Part shown: in pieces, positions 20,953 through 33,454 of the stretch
Position numbering within the stretch: the stretch's first letter is position 1
Layout: each line of letters begins with the position of its first letter
From: Paramoeba atlantica
Lineage: Eukaryota > Protista > Discosea
Direction: 5' to 3'
DNA: 64,000 bases
Assembly (NCBI GenBank): GCA_977017575.1
Contig: CDRNVI010000051.1
Coordinates: 248,001-312,000 of the forward strand
The notes under the pieces: generated by a model
Told to the model about the DNA's origin: nothing
Seen by the model: the letters and a program-made list of their open reading frames with translations, nothing else
Databases searched by the model: none
Translations under genes and position numbers: made by a program

Positions 20953-22279
20953 TAAAACGGCGCTTCAGTTGCAGAAGCCTTTGCTTACTGGAATACTAAT
21001 AGCCTTTGCATATTCAATGGTCAGTTTCCTTTCATTCCCCCCTTCAAAGTGGCGTGGGGCACATGTCTCCTACATTTCTATTAAGAAACAACGGATGTTC
21101 AAATTCCGTGCGGTTCAAATTCCTCATTCTGTCTTCCAAACCATTTTACCCCCTCACACCTGAGGGGCTGCGGGTGAGGCCCAAGACAAGATCACACGAG
21201 ATCACATGAGATCGCTTCGCGAGATCTCTCGAGAGCGGATTTGGCTCGGGAAGGTGGTTGAACGACCTCAAAACAGGGTCATACCCGAAGCCTCTCATCT
21301 ACATAAGAACTCTCCCTCATCTACGAATATAACAACTCCGATACATCTATTGTCAACACCCTACATATTTCCCATGGTATTACTTAATGTACTACAATGT
21401 ATATCCGTGATACTTTTGTACGTGGTGGAATTGATTTGCACATAAATGCGGCTCATGTGAAACGAGGTCAACATGCGCTTTAGTCTATGTTGAAAAAAAC
21501 CACCGCATTTAACGAAACCACGAATTGAGTGCTCAGTGAATTTTAAGTATTTTTCTTCCCTTTTTAAGGGACAAACAAGATTTTCTTCCCCACTTTCGCC
21601 CCTCCCGAAAAAAAAGGCTCCCCCTCAAAAAAATTCTTCACCCAATCTTGTCTCTATTAAAGGGGGGTCTGAGGGGGGGCTCTATCAAACGGGGAGCACA
21701 CTAGGTTCAACACACTAAGTTGAATTTTTTTTCTGCACTCAAAACTTTAAAACTCCCCAAAACTGTGAAATATTTGAACAAATCGAATTTTGCTTTAATT
21801 TACCCGAAATTGGAAACACCTACAGAGGACATACGAGAGACCAAGTAAAACCACAGAAAAACTTAGATCCGACGAATAATTAAAACGGTGCTGTGAACGA
21901 ATTTCAACACAGAATTACTGGAAAGAGAATTTTTGCTTGTTGTATTACCGTATGGGACCATACATAGAGTAATGGCTCCGAAGACTTTCTTCCTTCATGT
22001 CGGTAAACGTCTTTCATTTCAAAGTCTTTCATTTCAACAAAATATTTTTTCATAGCATTGAGACATTTTTTAACGTCACTGTGTATTAAGCTCCTCCAAG
22101 TATCGCCCCAGACCAAGCATGTATACCTCAAGCATTTAATGGCAATCCTCCAACGTCTGGACCGACATCGTCTTTGCAAAATGTTCTCGAAGACGCTAAT
22201 AAGACAGGGGGCGGCAATCCCAAGGCGGCAAGCCGCACCAATCACGAAGAAGAAGAACAAGCCGGGTTACAGTACTGGA

Positions 22280-23340
22280 ATTCCTCTTGAAGATTCTTCA
22301 GCGCAGGCATTTGCACGCTTTCTTGAAGCTTTTAAATGTAAATCCCGAAGACGTCGTCGAGAGACACAGCTGGAAGAATTGGCTACGCAGGCTGCAAGGA
22401 CCTGGGAGATTATTCGGGTGCCTCCACTTTCCCCAATGTGTACTTGGTGTGTAGGGTTGTATGTCGTCGGCTCCTCGTACTTTGTATCGTCTCCTCGTAC
22501 TTTGTGTGTGTCATGACGTGTCGTGGCGTTGTGAATGTTCCACAAATTCTTGCCGCCGTGCGTTGTGTGAGAATATCATGGCCTATTCCAGAAACCAACG
22601 TGCCCTGAGCATGAAGATCACATGGTTCGCATTGCAGGCTGGCCCAGTGATGTCGTGATGTGCAGTTACCATGAAATATCAGCACAAAACCGCTGCAGGC
22701 GAAAATTTAAATTGCCATGTTTCATGACATTTCTCACTACCAGAACATGACACGACGTTTGCTTTTCAGTTTGTGGGAGGACATAGCAAATACTTTGAGC
22801 CCCGGACAAATCAGTAGGAACCGTGGTTTGCGCCAGGACATGGCGCACCAAGAGTCTCCATGACGTAGGAAATGCCACCCTTCATCAAGAAGAAAATGCA
22901 AACTATGAGCTCTCAGAAGTTCAAGTTGATAAAACTTACGTTGGCAAAAGGAAACATAACCGCGGAAGACGACAACCAAAAGAATGCTGGTGGCTTGTGA
23001 CCAATTCCGAGGTGATTGGACGGAAAAGTGGAAGAACCCACTGGAAATTGGTGAAGACTCGTGCGAAGGCTACCTTGGAGAATTTTATTCTGATAAGTGA
23101 ACGCTCCCTCGTGGTTTTTGATTGTTGGAGTGGTAGGTTGATTTTGGGAAATGCTGCAGATACATTGCTCTTAATCATAGTAAGGAGTTCGTTGTGGCCC
23201 ACGGGTACCATCAAATAATGCCGAAGGCGTGAAGAGTACGATCAAAGGGTAAGTAAAGCAGCAGCATCACGTATTCGGAATGATCTCGATGGACCTGAAA
23301 AGGAACGTTGCACTTCAGTGCATCAAGCTTCGATCCTTCC
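22280..23340 (+). pseudogene. Decayed Merlin transposase, same family as 40610-41827
   Basis: Fragments AFARFLEAF, EVQVDKTYVGKRKHNRGRRQ...WW, THWKLVK and EGVKSTIKG*VKQQ...RNVALQCIKL match the intact copy; multiple stops and frameshifts. Confidence 0.88.
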
Positions 23341-23559
23341 CTAATCAGTAGAGAAACGCGTGGCAAATTCGGGCTTGGGACAGGTGACAAGCGTGTTTAC
23401 AGAGTCCCTGATAATGAGCGATTTTGGTAGCCCTAGCAACAATAAAGGGTATCCCCTGAAATAAACGGCGTAGAAGGTTAGTCGAGGTCCCAAAAAAGGT
23501 CTCAAAAGAGAATAAGTGACACATTTTTGTTTAAAAGGGGACGTTGTTTACCATTTTCG

Positions 23560-23720
23560 ACGGACGAAAACAGGGAAAACATAAAGAGGAACACAGTAAT
23601 ATAATAAAAAAAAATATTAATTAGGGCCCCGGTGGTCCAAAAGAAGACCCAAAAAGGGAAGAAAATGGGAGTCCATGCTCGGGCCTATGGAGGGACGGTG
23701 TATGGGGGGTCTGTGGGGCA
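23560..23720 (-). repeat. Partial copy of the dispersed repeat, matching rc of 56520-56700
   Basis: aaa.ataaagaggaacacagtaatataata and ccggtggtccaaaa match the reverse complement of 56611-56685. Confidence 0.75.
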
Positions 23721-23977
23721 ATACGCACGAAATGTTTAGAAGAGCCCATTTTTCGTCGTTGTATGACTGCCGCTCTACCCTAGATTACTGAAACGTATTT
23801 GCTTCTCAATCATGCTTCGTTCAATCAAACATTTACATTTTACAAATATTCAATCTGCTTTTCAATTGCTGTACAAATACGTCTCTGCCTTCGCTCCTGT
23901 ACACGCTTACTACGTGGGTCCATTACTTCGGTGACCATAAATTTCTTTATTTCTCGGGGTGTTGATCTTCCTTTTAA

Positions 23978-24052
23978 TCTCCGACAAGTAGAACGAGTCG
24001 CATTACATGATGAAGCAATCACGACCAGCTGGTTGTCGTTTGACTTTCCCTA
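23978..24052. repeat. About 70-bp element present three times (also 34834-34896 and 35211-35286)
   Basis: tctccgacaa.tagaacgagtcgcatt...caatcacgaccagctggttgtcgtt conserved; contains the near-palindrome cgaccagctggttg. Confidence 0.9.
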
Positions 24053-24477
24053 AGAGACTTCCCTAGACCTTTATACTACTCCCACCTACTAATTAATTAG
24101 TTTTAATAATGATAAATACAAACAATTTAATATTTTTATTGCACCCCCCTAGTCAGCTGTCATCTTTTCACTAAAATGACATCAAAATATTATTATGCCA
24201 TGCTTTCATATCAGATAATAGATACAAATACGTCTCCTTCCTTCGCTCCTATACACAATTACTGCATGGGTCCATTAATTCGGTGACCATTAATTCGACA
24301 CATTAATACGGTATTTTTTATACTTTACTCAGCAGTCCCACTCTAAAAAATGTTCAAATTCGTATTAAATCATGTGTTAGGTATTGCTAGCAGCTAATGA
24401 AAGAAATAAAAGCTTATCCATGTATGAAAACAAAAGCTTATCCATGTACGTACAGGTAAACTAATCAAAGGATCCAC

Positions 24478-24793
24478 TTAGCATACTTGGGTGTTTAGCA
24501 TGTTAAAAAAACACTTCTTAATCGCTCCACGTCTCCATAACGCATATTTGCGATGAAAAAAAGTTAGCGATGCAGGAAGATATGAAGTGCGAACAACACC
24601 CTCAAGCTCTTTATTTCCGTTCACCATTAGGAGTTCCAGGTCTGGAGGAAGAGCTTTAAGCTTAACTGCACCGGAACAATCGTTGTATTCCAGGTTAAGG
24701 CCTTTTAATGTAGACGGCAAATGCCCCAAATTCAGTATCCCCGTCAAGTTGTTATCGCCTATTTATTATTTCATACAGGGCGATTGCCTGTAG
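24478..24793 (-). pseudogene. LRR gene 3-prime fragment
   Basis: TGILNLGHLPSTLKGLNLEYNDCSGAVKLKALPPDLELLMVNGNKEL...LPASL resembles the C-terminus of the LRR at 19563; no upstream part. Confidence 0.75.
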
Positions 24794-25060
24794 AGATTAA
24801 GGGATATGGTTTGCTTCGCAAAGCACGTGCAAGCCATACCCTGTTAAACCGAATTATGTTATAGCTCCCGAGAGAAGAAAGCACGATGAGAGAGCCGGGG
24901 AGGGAAGAAAGCTCACTCGAAGAGAGCGAGCCGGGGAGGGGTGACAAGTCCGAAGCGCGTCCCCTGCTTCCGCGACAAAGAGAGATAGTTCGAGCTAGCC
25001 TTGTCCGTAAAATTGGTACTTAGTATTTAGTATTCCCCCCACGAACCTTCAGCACTGCCG

Positions 25061-25797
25061 TCATACTGGCAGGCATACTGTCCACCTGGGCACGGTATAC
25101 TGGGGCGGTATGTTCGCCCATTCCATCTTTACCCCCTCCCACAACTCTCGGACTCCGTTTGGGGTATTATCGTGCGCTGCAAGGCGCCGCTTGAGTTCCC
25201 CCCAAACATTCTCAATTGGGTTTAAGTCGGGGGATTGCGGGGGCCACCGCATGCCTTCAATCCCGGTACCCCGAAGCTACCGTTGTGCGCAATGGCTTGT
25301 GTGCTTCTTGACTTTTTACCAGAACTCGATCCTTCGCCTTGACATGGCGCTCTGGCCTAACACCCTTTTGGGTTAACCAAGAAAGGATCTACCAGTATAT
25401 TCTCTACGATGATGTTTAAAAACTCTTATTCATGATACATGTTCATGGTATAGGTGTGTGTCAAGTTTTCGAAATAGATATAAACGTCCTCCTGCAACGT
25501 GATTGGGTTTTTGTGTAAGTTTAGTTGTGTAAGTTTAGGCGCAGCTGAGATGAAACCTCTCACGCATAATTGCCGGAGAACACAAGTCGTCGCACACGGC
25601 TCGGAAGGCTTTCGAGGGCGTCCACCCTGCAGCCTGGTAGTGTCAGGTCCTTTTTCTTTTAGAATTATTGAAATTTTTGAGATGCTTAAATATATTGCAT
25701 TGGAGATAGACTTCATAGACGCACCGTTGTCGTAGAGCTCTGCAATTCGTTTCTTTGGATAACGTGGTGTGGGCCTCATAAAGAGTACAAAAAACAA
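25061..25797 (-). pseudogene. Internally deleted Tc1-family transposase
   Basis: C-terminal WPPQSPDLNPIENVWGELKR; N-terminal HTH-like RIAELYDNGASMKSISNAIYLSISKIS...GGRPRK; stops in between. Confidence 0.88.
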
Positions 25798-26289
25798 TGT
25801 AATAGTGGAAGATAAAATCTATAGCCTAAAAGTTCTTCTTTTCTATGAGGCCCACACCGCGTTATCTAAAGAAACGAATTGCAGAGCTCTACGACATTCT
25901 TTCGTGGGCCCTGGGACCATACAATTCTGGTCCAACGATGACAGAAAGCTAGCCTTCGTTCGGCCCTTGGAAGCTGTGGCTGAGTTCCCTTTCTCTAAAA
26001 CAAGGAGGCCAATGAAAGGATCAATAAAGACTATATTAAAAAGCAGAAAGTACACGAAAAAAAGTCCTGTAGCAGAAAGCACTCCAAAGTAAAGAAAGTT
26101 GTGGTAGTTAATACAGTAATGTGGCTACCCGAAATATTGCTGTAAGAAATAATGTTTCTCCATGTATGCTAGGAACACATACTTTTATCATTCTTACTTT
26201 ACACTCCCCCTACACCCTTCCTATGCCCGACGTCGGCGTTCAAACTTCAGGCTTTCAGGACCTTTTGTTGTAGGTTTTGTAAAATTAAG

Positions 26290-26787
26290 TTGTCTGAACT
26301 GTTTACACAAAGACTCCGAAGTCCCACCGTAACCCTTGCGGACGCCGTGGCCGCGTCACCCGCTACCTCCCACGTGCATTTCGACCTGCACTTATACAGG
26401 AACCCACCATCCCTGCTCTCGCACCAAACTGAAGTGAGACCAGACGGGTGGGTGAAGCTGCACAATGGGACGGAATTTATCATCGAATTAACCTCCCCCT
26501 GGGAGGAAAACTTTACAGAGGCTCATGAGCGGATGGTTCGGAAATACAGCTATATCTATAATCAATGGAAACTACATAATCCTTCGACGTTTGTTCTAGT
26601 CTTTGAAGTAGGGGCAAGGGGGAAGTTAAACTCTACTACGCGTGCACTAAAGTCCCTATTCGGAGGCAGTAAAAGTGCTGCTTCTGCGTACCGGGAGAAG
26701 ATGGACCAGCGCGTTATTCCAGGTAGCTTTGCAATCTACCAGTACCGTGACAACCCTACGTGGGAGGTGCTCAACTTTCAGCAGTGA
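26290..26787 (+). pseudogene. 3-prime fragment of an RLE-type non-LTR retrotransposon (HERO/R2/CRE-like endonuclease)
   Basis: RPD...IIELTSPWEEN...AHERM.RKY...FEVGARG restriction-like endonuclease motif; no RT upstream (5-prime truncated). Confidence 0.82.
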
Positions 26788-27037
26788 CGACTGCTGAGCA
26801 AGCGGCACGTTTTGTGCGTGTCTTCTTTCTCAGTGCTTATCTCTGCAGCCCAGCTGCATGATTAATGTACTAGTTCAGGAAATATTCCTCATTGGTCGCA
26901 TTTTAGAGAGATCTCATTAGCAGACACATGCGTGTTTAAGGTTGTAGCGGAACGCCAAGCGAAATTTCTCGGATCCCAGTACGGCGATCCACCGCGACTA
27001 GAAGGGAATCCGCTTATTCGTCCGAGAAAGAAGAACT

Positions 27038-27322
27038 ATGAGTGATTACACTCTGTGTCATGGATGTGCGGAGTTCGGTTGTGTTAAAGAGTGGCGTTTT
27101 AAGCTACAAGTCCCTTGCGGTGACGATATCATTCAATGGTCGAAAAAACATTTTCCTTGCAAGCCAGCGATCTGTCCTGAGCATGGGCCGCAATGTATGG
27201 AGCAATCCGAGAAGCTGGGAACCATGATTTACATGCACCGCGGTCATGGCCAACGCAATCGACGCCGCAAAAAGATCAATATCCTTTCTTCCGCCATCAT
27301 GCTCGATTTCCTGCATATTTGA
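27038..27322 (+). pseudogene. N-terminal Cys/His-rich fragment of a Merlin-family transposase
   Basis: LCHGCAEFGC...W...P.GDD...WSKKH...CPEHG parallels ICKGCPGYAC...W...PQGND...WMKCH...CPNHG in ORF 40610-41827. Confidence 0.65.
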
Positions 27323-27718
27323 TTTATATTCCTGCAGGCGATTTCCTGAATATTTGAGCCGATGTCGCCGATGATTTTTCATGATTGTACATCCGGGGGG
27401 ACCGTATGGAAGCTCGTCACCGATCTACGTTAACTGCATTCGTCGAAGAACACATACAGGGAGTAGGCACCGTCGTGGTCACCGAGTGTTGAAAGGGTTA
27501 TGCCGGTATCTCTGAAATTTGTGAACATCACCGTGTAAATCATCAAGTTGAATTCGTATCCGAGGAAGGGTATCACAAACAACGGAGAAGACATGTACAG
27601 TAGAGTGAAGGACTGGGTTGAGAGGCATACAAGGAGCAGGCATCGTGGTGGTCACCGCCTGTTGGAAGTTTATGCCGCTCTCTCCGAAATCTGTGAGCCT
27701 CGCGGTCTGAATCATTAA

Positions 27719-29273
27719 GAGGGTTGAAACATCCCCAGCCGCACCCACCCGCACCCAGCCGCACCCACCCGCACCCAGTGCATCTTCAACGGCAAAGACT
27801 TAGCGAAATTTGGGAGATCCAGAAGGAACCCCGAAGGTTCGGGGTAATACTCCCCGAGAGGGATGACTTTTTTTTTCAGTCAATTTGTACGTGTGCTTCA
27901 CCATACGCGTTTTTTTTGCAGAATGCAACCCAAAAGAAAGTGCGAACTGTGCAGACTAAAAACCTTTCACAAAATGAATACATGTATATCCCTTATATCC
28001 TTATATTGACATATAAAATTTAAGAAAATAATTTGGCGTTGTCCTTTTTTTCCCGCGCAAGATCCTTCTTTCTCTGCTTTGACTTCATTTGCTTCAAAGC
28101 GCTCTCCTCAGCTCGCTTCTGACGCATCTCTGCCTGCGTCAACTTTCTGTAAGTCTTACTTCCTTTGCGTCCGTGAGCAGGGCTTTTTCCAATTTTTGTG
28201 ACACCAGTGCGCTGTAAATTTTGTTTTACCTCTTCTCGGTACTCTCGCATAGCATCTTTATCTTTTTTGTCACCTTTCTGAAAATGACAAGAGCAAAAGT
28301 CTCGAGAAGCCCATTCTCTAACGACGGAATGCGTGGAATCCAAATATTCTACGGAGTCGTCGTACAGTGTTACCTGGTGAACTTTCCAGTGCGTACACTC
28401 TGCATTCCAGAGCAACCCGAAAGCAGATCTTGCTAAATCTTTCCGATGCTGATTATAGTGCAGCAACTTGTGCTGATCCATATGGGCAAAAAACCTTTTT
28501 ACACGGTTTCTTATCCGGCGAAACTCCATATCAAATGTTTCGTCAATTGCAGGACCAACTTCTTGGCAAAAGCAATGACGGTTATCGATATATGCCTTGT
28601 CTGCTATTATCATTTCATCACGGCGATGCATGAAACTAGGTATGTCAGATTGGGCTAAGCATTCGCTGTCATGAATCCGACCCTCGAAAGGTCCACTCCA
28701 GGCCAAAGGGCAACCGTCCATCATGAGAAGAACTTGAAATGTCCAATACTTCGCGGCCTTTTTCGCGTTATATAATTCACTGGGCCCACGGCTGTACATG
28801 GGGACGCCGTCGAGTATACTTAACACCATGCAAAATGCTTTTTCTCGGATAGAAAATCTTCTCTCTGTGTCGGCCAGATTGCCAGCCTCATCAGAAAGCT
28901 TCAAGGCCGGCTGAATATATTTTTTCCATATATGGGGTGCTGAATAATGGCCCCCCACATAAGGAATGAGAACAGCCGCTGCTTGTTCATGGGTCAGATT
29001 CAAATGAAGCATTGCCAGAGCGCAGAACACGTCAAGCGTGGGGCTTTTTAAAGATATGCTCAGCTCTACAACCACATCAGAACAATACCCGGTAAAAGCG
29101 TGTGAAACGTCTTTCCAGGGAAGAAGTATCATATCGAGAAGTTGAAAATGAGAAAAGTAACTCTGTTGTCATTCAAAAGTTTAGTGATTTTTGCTCAATA
29201 TTTTCTGCTTTACTGACAGTAACTAGCGTTTCATATTCTGTACACCCAGACCCACCCACCTGTTTCAACCCTC
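27719..29273 (-). mobile_element. PIF/Harbinger element, 1555 bp, 13-bp TIR, TAA target duplication
   Basis: TAA|gagggttgaaaca ... tgtttcaaccctc|TAA; subterminal gcacccacccgcacccag repeats; empty site supported by the paralogous sequence at 27536-27580. Confidence 0.93.
28020..29132 (-). CDS. Harbinger (DDE_Tnp_4-like) transposase; third catalytic Glu appears as Lys
   Basis: SILDGVP, GPFEGRIHDSE, IIADKAY, RNRVKRFF (codon AAA where GAA is expected). Confidence 0.85.
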   Translation of the reverse strand: MILLPWKDVSHAFTGYCSDVVVELSISLKSPTLDVFCALAMLHLNLTHEQAAAVLIPYVGGHYSAPHIWKKYIQPALKLSDEAGNLADTERRFSIREKAFCMVLSILDGVPMYSRGPSELYNAKKAAKYWTFQVLLMMDGCPLAWSGPFEGRIHDSECLAQSDIPSFMHRRDEMIIADKAYIDNRHCFCQEVGPAIDETFDMEFRRIRNRVKRFFAHMDQHKLLHYNQHRKDLARSAFGLLWNAECTHWKVHQVTLYDDSVEYLDSTHSVVREWASRDFCSCHFQKGDKKDKDAMREYREEVKQNLQRTGVTKIGKSPAHGRKGSKTYRKLTQAEMRQKRAEESALKQMKSKQRKKDLAREKKDNAKLFS

Positions 29274-29896
29274 TAAGGCGAATTCATATCGGAGGAGGGG
29301 CTATCATAAACCCCCCTCACTTAATATTTATACACTTTTATTAACCTTTTATTGATTTACTGGACACTTAATATTTACATCGACATTTATTATTTACACA
29401 CTTTTATTATTTACATGGCTTTTAATCTCTCAAAATTTTGAAAAATATCACTGTAGCAAATTACAAAAACTCGATGAAAGCGGTTCCTACGACTCAAGCG
29501 TCGCACCCGAATACTCATCGGAAAATTTATCCGGTGAAGGTGTCCAACCTTCAGGTGAGCAGCCCAACCGGCCACGGGCAATGAGTCACAGCAGAGGCAT
29601 GAGAAAAGTAAGACTCGGAACGAATGACCCACGGCATCACATATTGAAGGACGTTCCATCATCAGCGAAAAAACGAGTTGTTGAAAAATGGAATGAGATG
29701 AAACAGCATGATAACAGTGCCTCCTCTTACCACACCCTGGAGTAAGTGGCTTGAAAGTTACAATTGTAAGTTACAACTTACAACCTATAATGTATTTTTT
29801 TTGTTTCATCAAACTTATTGTCGATGAAAGTAATCAAAGGTGCTATTGCAATAAACTAGCTTTTTGTCAAGTCTTCAACTGTTATACCTTATCCTC

Positions 29897-32376
29897 ATGA
29901 GCCCAGGCAAGGCAGGTAAACGTTCCAAAGCAAAGCGGTCGTCCGACAACCAAACTGAGTCACAGGAAACGGTAAATTCAAAAGCGTCACCGGCAACACA
30001 AAGTGCTTCTCAGGCGCGGAGACAAATTTCTCAGGATCTCTCCGGCTCGTTGCTTGAGTCGCGGTCTCAAGCTGCACTGTCCTCGGAGCTCACCCCAATC
30101 AGGAACACTACGAAGTCCAAATCACACACCGGAAACGTGGAAGACCCTCTAAAACATGGAAAGCTGCACAATTTTTTCTCCTATGAGCTTTGTTTGTTTA
30201 CCGATGACGTAAAATCAAAGTCATATAAAAAGGAATTGGATCGTAGATCCGAAGCCGGTACATATTTAAAAGACCCTGCGAATCAGAGGTGTCACGCAGT
30301 GTGGAACCTTTGTTTTACCATATTTCACAGCAAGTGTATTCAAACGTATACCCAACACAAGAACAGATGTACGGCACTGGATGAACAAGTTAACGAACAT
30401 ACCTTGGACAATCAGGTTGTATCCAAAGAGCATTTTTTCAGCGAGTGTCTTTCTTTTCCCGAGGCAAAATTTAATATGTCTACTGAGAGTTTTTTGTGCT
30501 TCATCCGTACTTACGAAGAAATGCGACCTAATGATACACCGACTTCCATAATGACCGGCCTACCGTGCCCTAAAACTTTCCATGTCAAAGAAAAACAACT
30601 GGCTTGCAAGCTTTGGGAAAGAATCCGAGAAGTCGTGAGTACGCATGAATTTTTTGGTTTGTCAATAGACGCAGGGATCGATACCATAAAACCCCAACAT
30701 CTTGTCATCACCGTACTGTACGTCGGTATGGAATTTTTCGTGCTTTCCCCCGTATACCACCAGCGCAAAAAGGCGTTTAACGGTGTGGAAATGGCGTCCC
30801 ACCTTGTCACGATGCTTCGTGGTGGACTGGGGGACACTGTGCAGAAACTAAGGTATCTCATGGTTGATGGTTGTCCAATGAATCACGTTGCACGTGCTGC
30901 CACGGAAACCCGGCTTAAAGAAATATACATGATCGCTACCAAGCCGTGGGAACGCTGGACTATGCCAATTTAAGTCAAGGAGTGCGAGCAAAAATTCCCT
31001 GCGTCCTAGAGCTTTCATGTTTCGGGCGTCTTTTGAACCTTGTGGCTCGTGATTCTCTGGCTCATTACAGAGATCGTCCGTTCATGCAACTTCGCAAATC
31101 GTTTGCACAGATGTTTTATTCAGGAGGTAAGCCATCAGCAAAAAAGGGGAAATTTATGGGAAGAGCTCTAGAAGAGTTGCTGTCTACGTTTGATAGGGAG
31201 ACAAACTCTGCGATCGATTTTTTCTCGCAGTGGTACCTTGTCGTTGGTGATGAAAATCTTCAGGACCATCTCCGAGAAAGTCACCTCGAGAAGCTGTGCT
31301 CTGCGCTTGAGAAATTCCGTAGGGTATCCTCGCTCCCTATGGATGACTTACTTCTTTCTTTGCGAGCACCGGGTCCTTTGCATGATAAAAACGAAATTTT
31401 AAGAACATGGGGTCCTAAAATAATAAACGCTATAGATGCACGTAGAGTTAGTACCGTACCCGCCCCACGTCTAGGTGGGGACACACGCTGGTGCACCGAC
31501 CATGTTGAAAGTGTATTGTATATTGCTGGACAGTTACCATCAATAGCAGCTTATGTGAAAAGCGAAATCGATGCAGGAAGGCCGTCAGACTCAGTACTAA
31601 TTCTGTCCAAAATTATTACTGAAGAGGGAATTGAAGCCCTTATAAAGGAAGCTCAATTTTTTTTGAACGAGTTACACCCCCTTCATAAAGCCCTCAAACA
31701 AGTTTCAGATGTGCAGAATGTCTCCATAAGCCTTCTTCCATATCAGATCATGCAACGGTTAGAATGCGAGTGTCAAAGGGAGTCATGCCCTCCCAAGCTC
31801 GGTGAATCTTTCCAGAAGCACTTACGGAGACTGCATCAAAAGTCTTTTATGTCCTTCTGGGAAGGTGCCATGAGCTTTTCTCCGTTACACATCTTCGTAA
31901 ATCGTGAACGTACATCGGGATGCGGAGTGCTTACTGTGGACGAAGCGAACGATCTTTTCCATAGCGGTGAGTCCTTATTTCGAATCAGCGCCGAGGAGTG
32001 GTCAGACTACATCACATGCCAAAATTATGAGTGGCACCCTGAGCAATATACCACTACGTGGAAATGGTGGGAGACTGTTGGTTGCGATAAGTTCCCTGCT
32101 ATATACGAAGCAGCTAGACATTACTTGTGGGTGCTTCCCACTGTAACTGCTTGCGATTCTCTTTTATCCATAATGGGGTGGAAGTATGACCCCAGACAGT
32201 CATGCTTAGATTCCGACACGATTGCTACCCAAATGTTCATCAGAGTAAACCTTAATAAGTTTTTTGTGGGGGAGTATAAAGACTTTGACGTCGAGGAAGG
32301 AGTCCTTAAATTAAATACTATGCGAGGTGAAACAGAACCAATATTCGCACTTTTCTCAATCTGGCAAAATTTTTAG
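29897..32376 (+). pseudogene. hAT-like transposase split by one frameshift near 30945
   Basis: GLSIDAG, YLMVDGCPMN, CFGRLLNLVARD (CxxH position), GGDTRW, and the C-terminal dimerisation-like ARHYLWVLPTVTACDSLLS. ORFs 29864-30973 and 30946-32376 overlap in different frames. Confidence 0.72.
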
Positions 32377-32452
32377 CTGAACGTTTTATCGCTCCTTTCT
32401 TTTATTCTGAATCATGGTTCTGCACATTAATTTTATATAAGCATTCTGTTTT

Positions 32453-33454
32453 TTGAATCCATTAGTGCTTGTTTATTGCTCTTCTCACGTTTTAATGACG
32501 TGCACTGGGTGCGGTGGGTTCTCGTGCCGTTCGAAACTTACGATCAGAAGAATTTCTTCCTGGAGTGAGAATCAATGTCTGGACTGGATGAAAAACCACT
32601 CTCTAGTGGCGCAGAAAGTTATTTGCTACAAGAAAAATCACAGAGCTCCGCACACCATGGCATTAGTCGGGAATAAATGGGTCTGCACCAAGCATTGTAA
32701 AGGGAGGTACGGAGCTATGGGGCCGCTGTTGCCCAGCAAGAGCCAGCGAAGCGCTAAACGGACTCTCCTGTACATCGTTTTGTACTCTAGGGGTGGGCGC
32801 CATGCGTCTTCAGTGGCGGAAACGGAGTTAAGCGAAAAAACGGTGATTAAATTGCGTCAATGGCTGGATTCCCTCATGGCCACAGCGCATATACGCCGAC
32901 GAGTTCGACTGCGATCCAAGGTGACCACAATGCAATGCGATGAAACTTTTTTTTCTGCCCGAAAGAGGGGCGGTTGCCATCGAGCAAAACGTGTTCGCCA
33001 AGATGGTAATCAAATTGCTCAGTCGATAGCGGTCACAACGAGGGACAACAAATTATCTGAAATTCTCATGGAATCTGTTCCAAATCGAACATCTCAGAGC
33101 CTTCTTCCGAACATCCAGAATCTAGCTTCGGGAAGTCGTACAAAAATTTGGACTCATGGTGCCCGCCATAATTTGTCTCTCCGCGGCAAATATAAGTGGG
33201 AAAGTGTAAACCACAAGGGACAGTGGGTTACGAATGAAGGTGTGCACACTAATACTGTGGAGTGCGCGAACTCCATGGTCAAGAAGCGTCTAAAGCGGGA
33301 CGGCAATGTTCTAGGTCGAAAGTTGGAGAAGAGGGGGGATCGAATACAAGCATATGCAGAGGTATGCACCGGAAGTTTGAAGTGCAATGGGGGTGATACA
33401 CTGCTTCAAGTCTTACGAAATTTGAAGGAGCACTGCGTATGCCTCCATTTGTAA
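32453..33454 (+). CDS. Merlin/IS1595-like transposase; second Asp appears as His
   Basis: MQCDETFF, KIWTHGAR (TDG expected), WESVNHK, GVHTNTVECANS; N-terminal Cys/His cluster. Confidence 0.78.
   Translation: MNPLVLVYCSSHVLMTCTGCGGFSCRSKLTIRRISSWSENQCLDWMKNHSLVAQKVICYKKNHRAPHTMALVGNKWVCTKHCKGRYGAMGPLLPSKSQRSAKRTLLYIVLYSRGGRHASSVAETELSEKTVIKLRQWLDSLMATAHIRRRVRLRSKVTTMQCDETFFSARKRGGCHRAKRVRQDGNQIAQSIAVTTRDNKLSEILMESVPNRTSQSLLPNIQNLASGSRTKIWTHGARHNLSLRGKYKWESVNHKGQWVTNEGVHTNTVECANSMVKKRLKRDGNVLGRKLEKRGDRIQAYAEVCTGSLKCNGGDTLLQVLRNLKEHCVCLHL

Noticed and set aside
27479-27754. Protein kinase fragment (TARLTDFGES)
   Set aside because: No other kinase subdomains, and the paralogous repeat unit does not conserve DFG.
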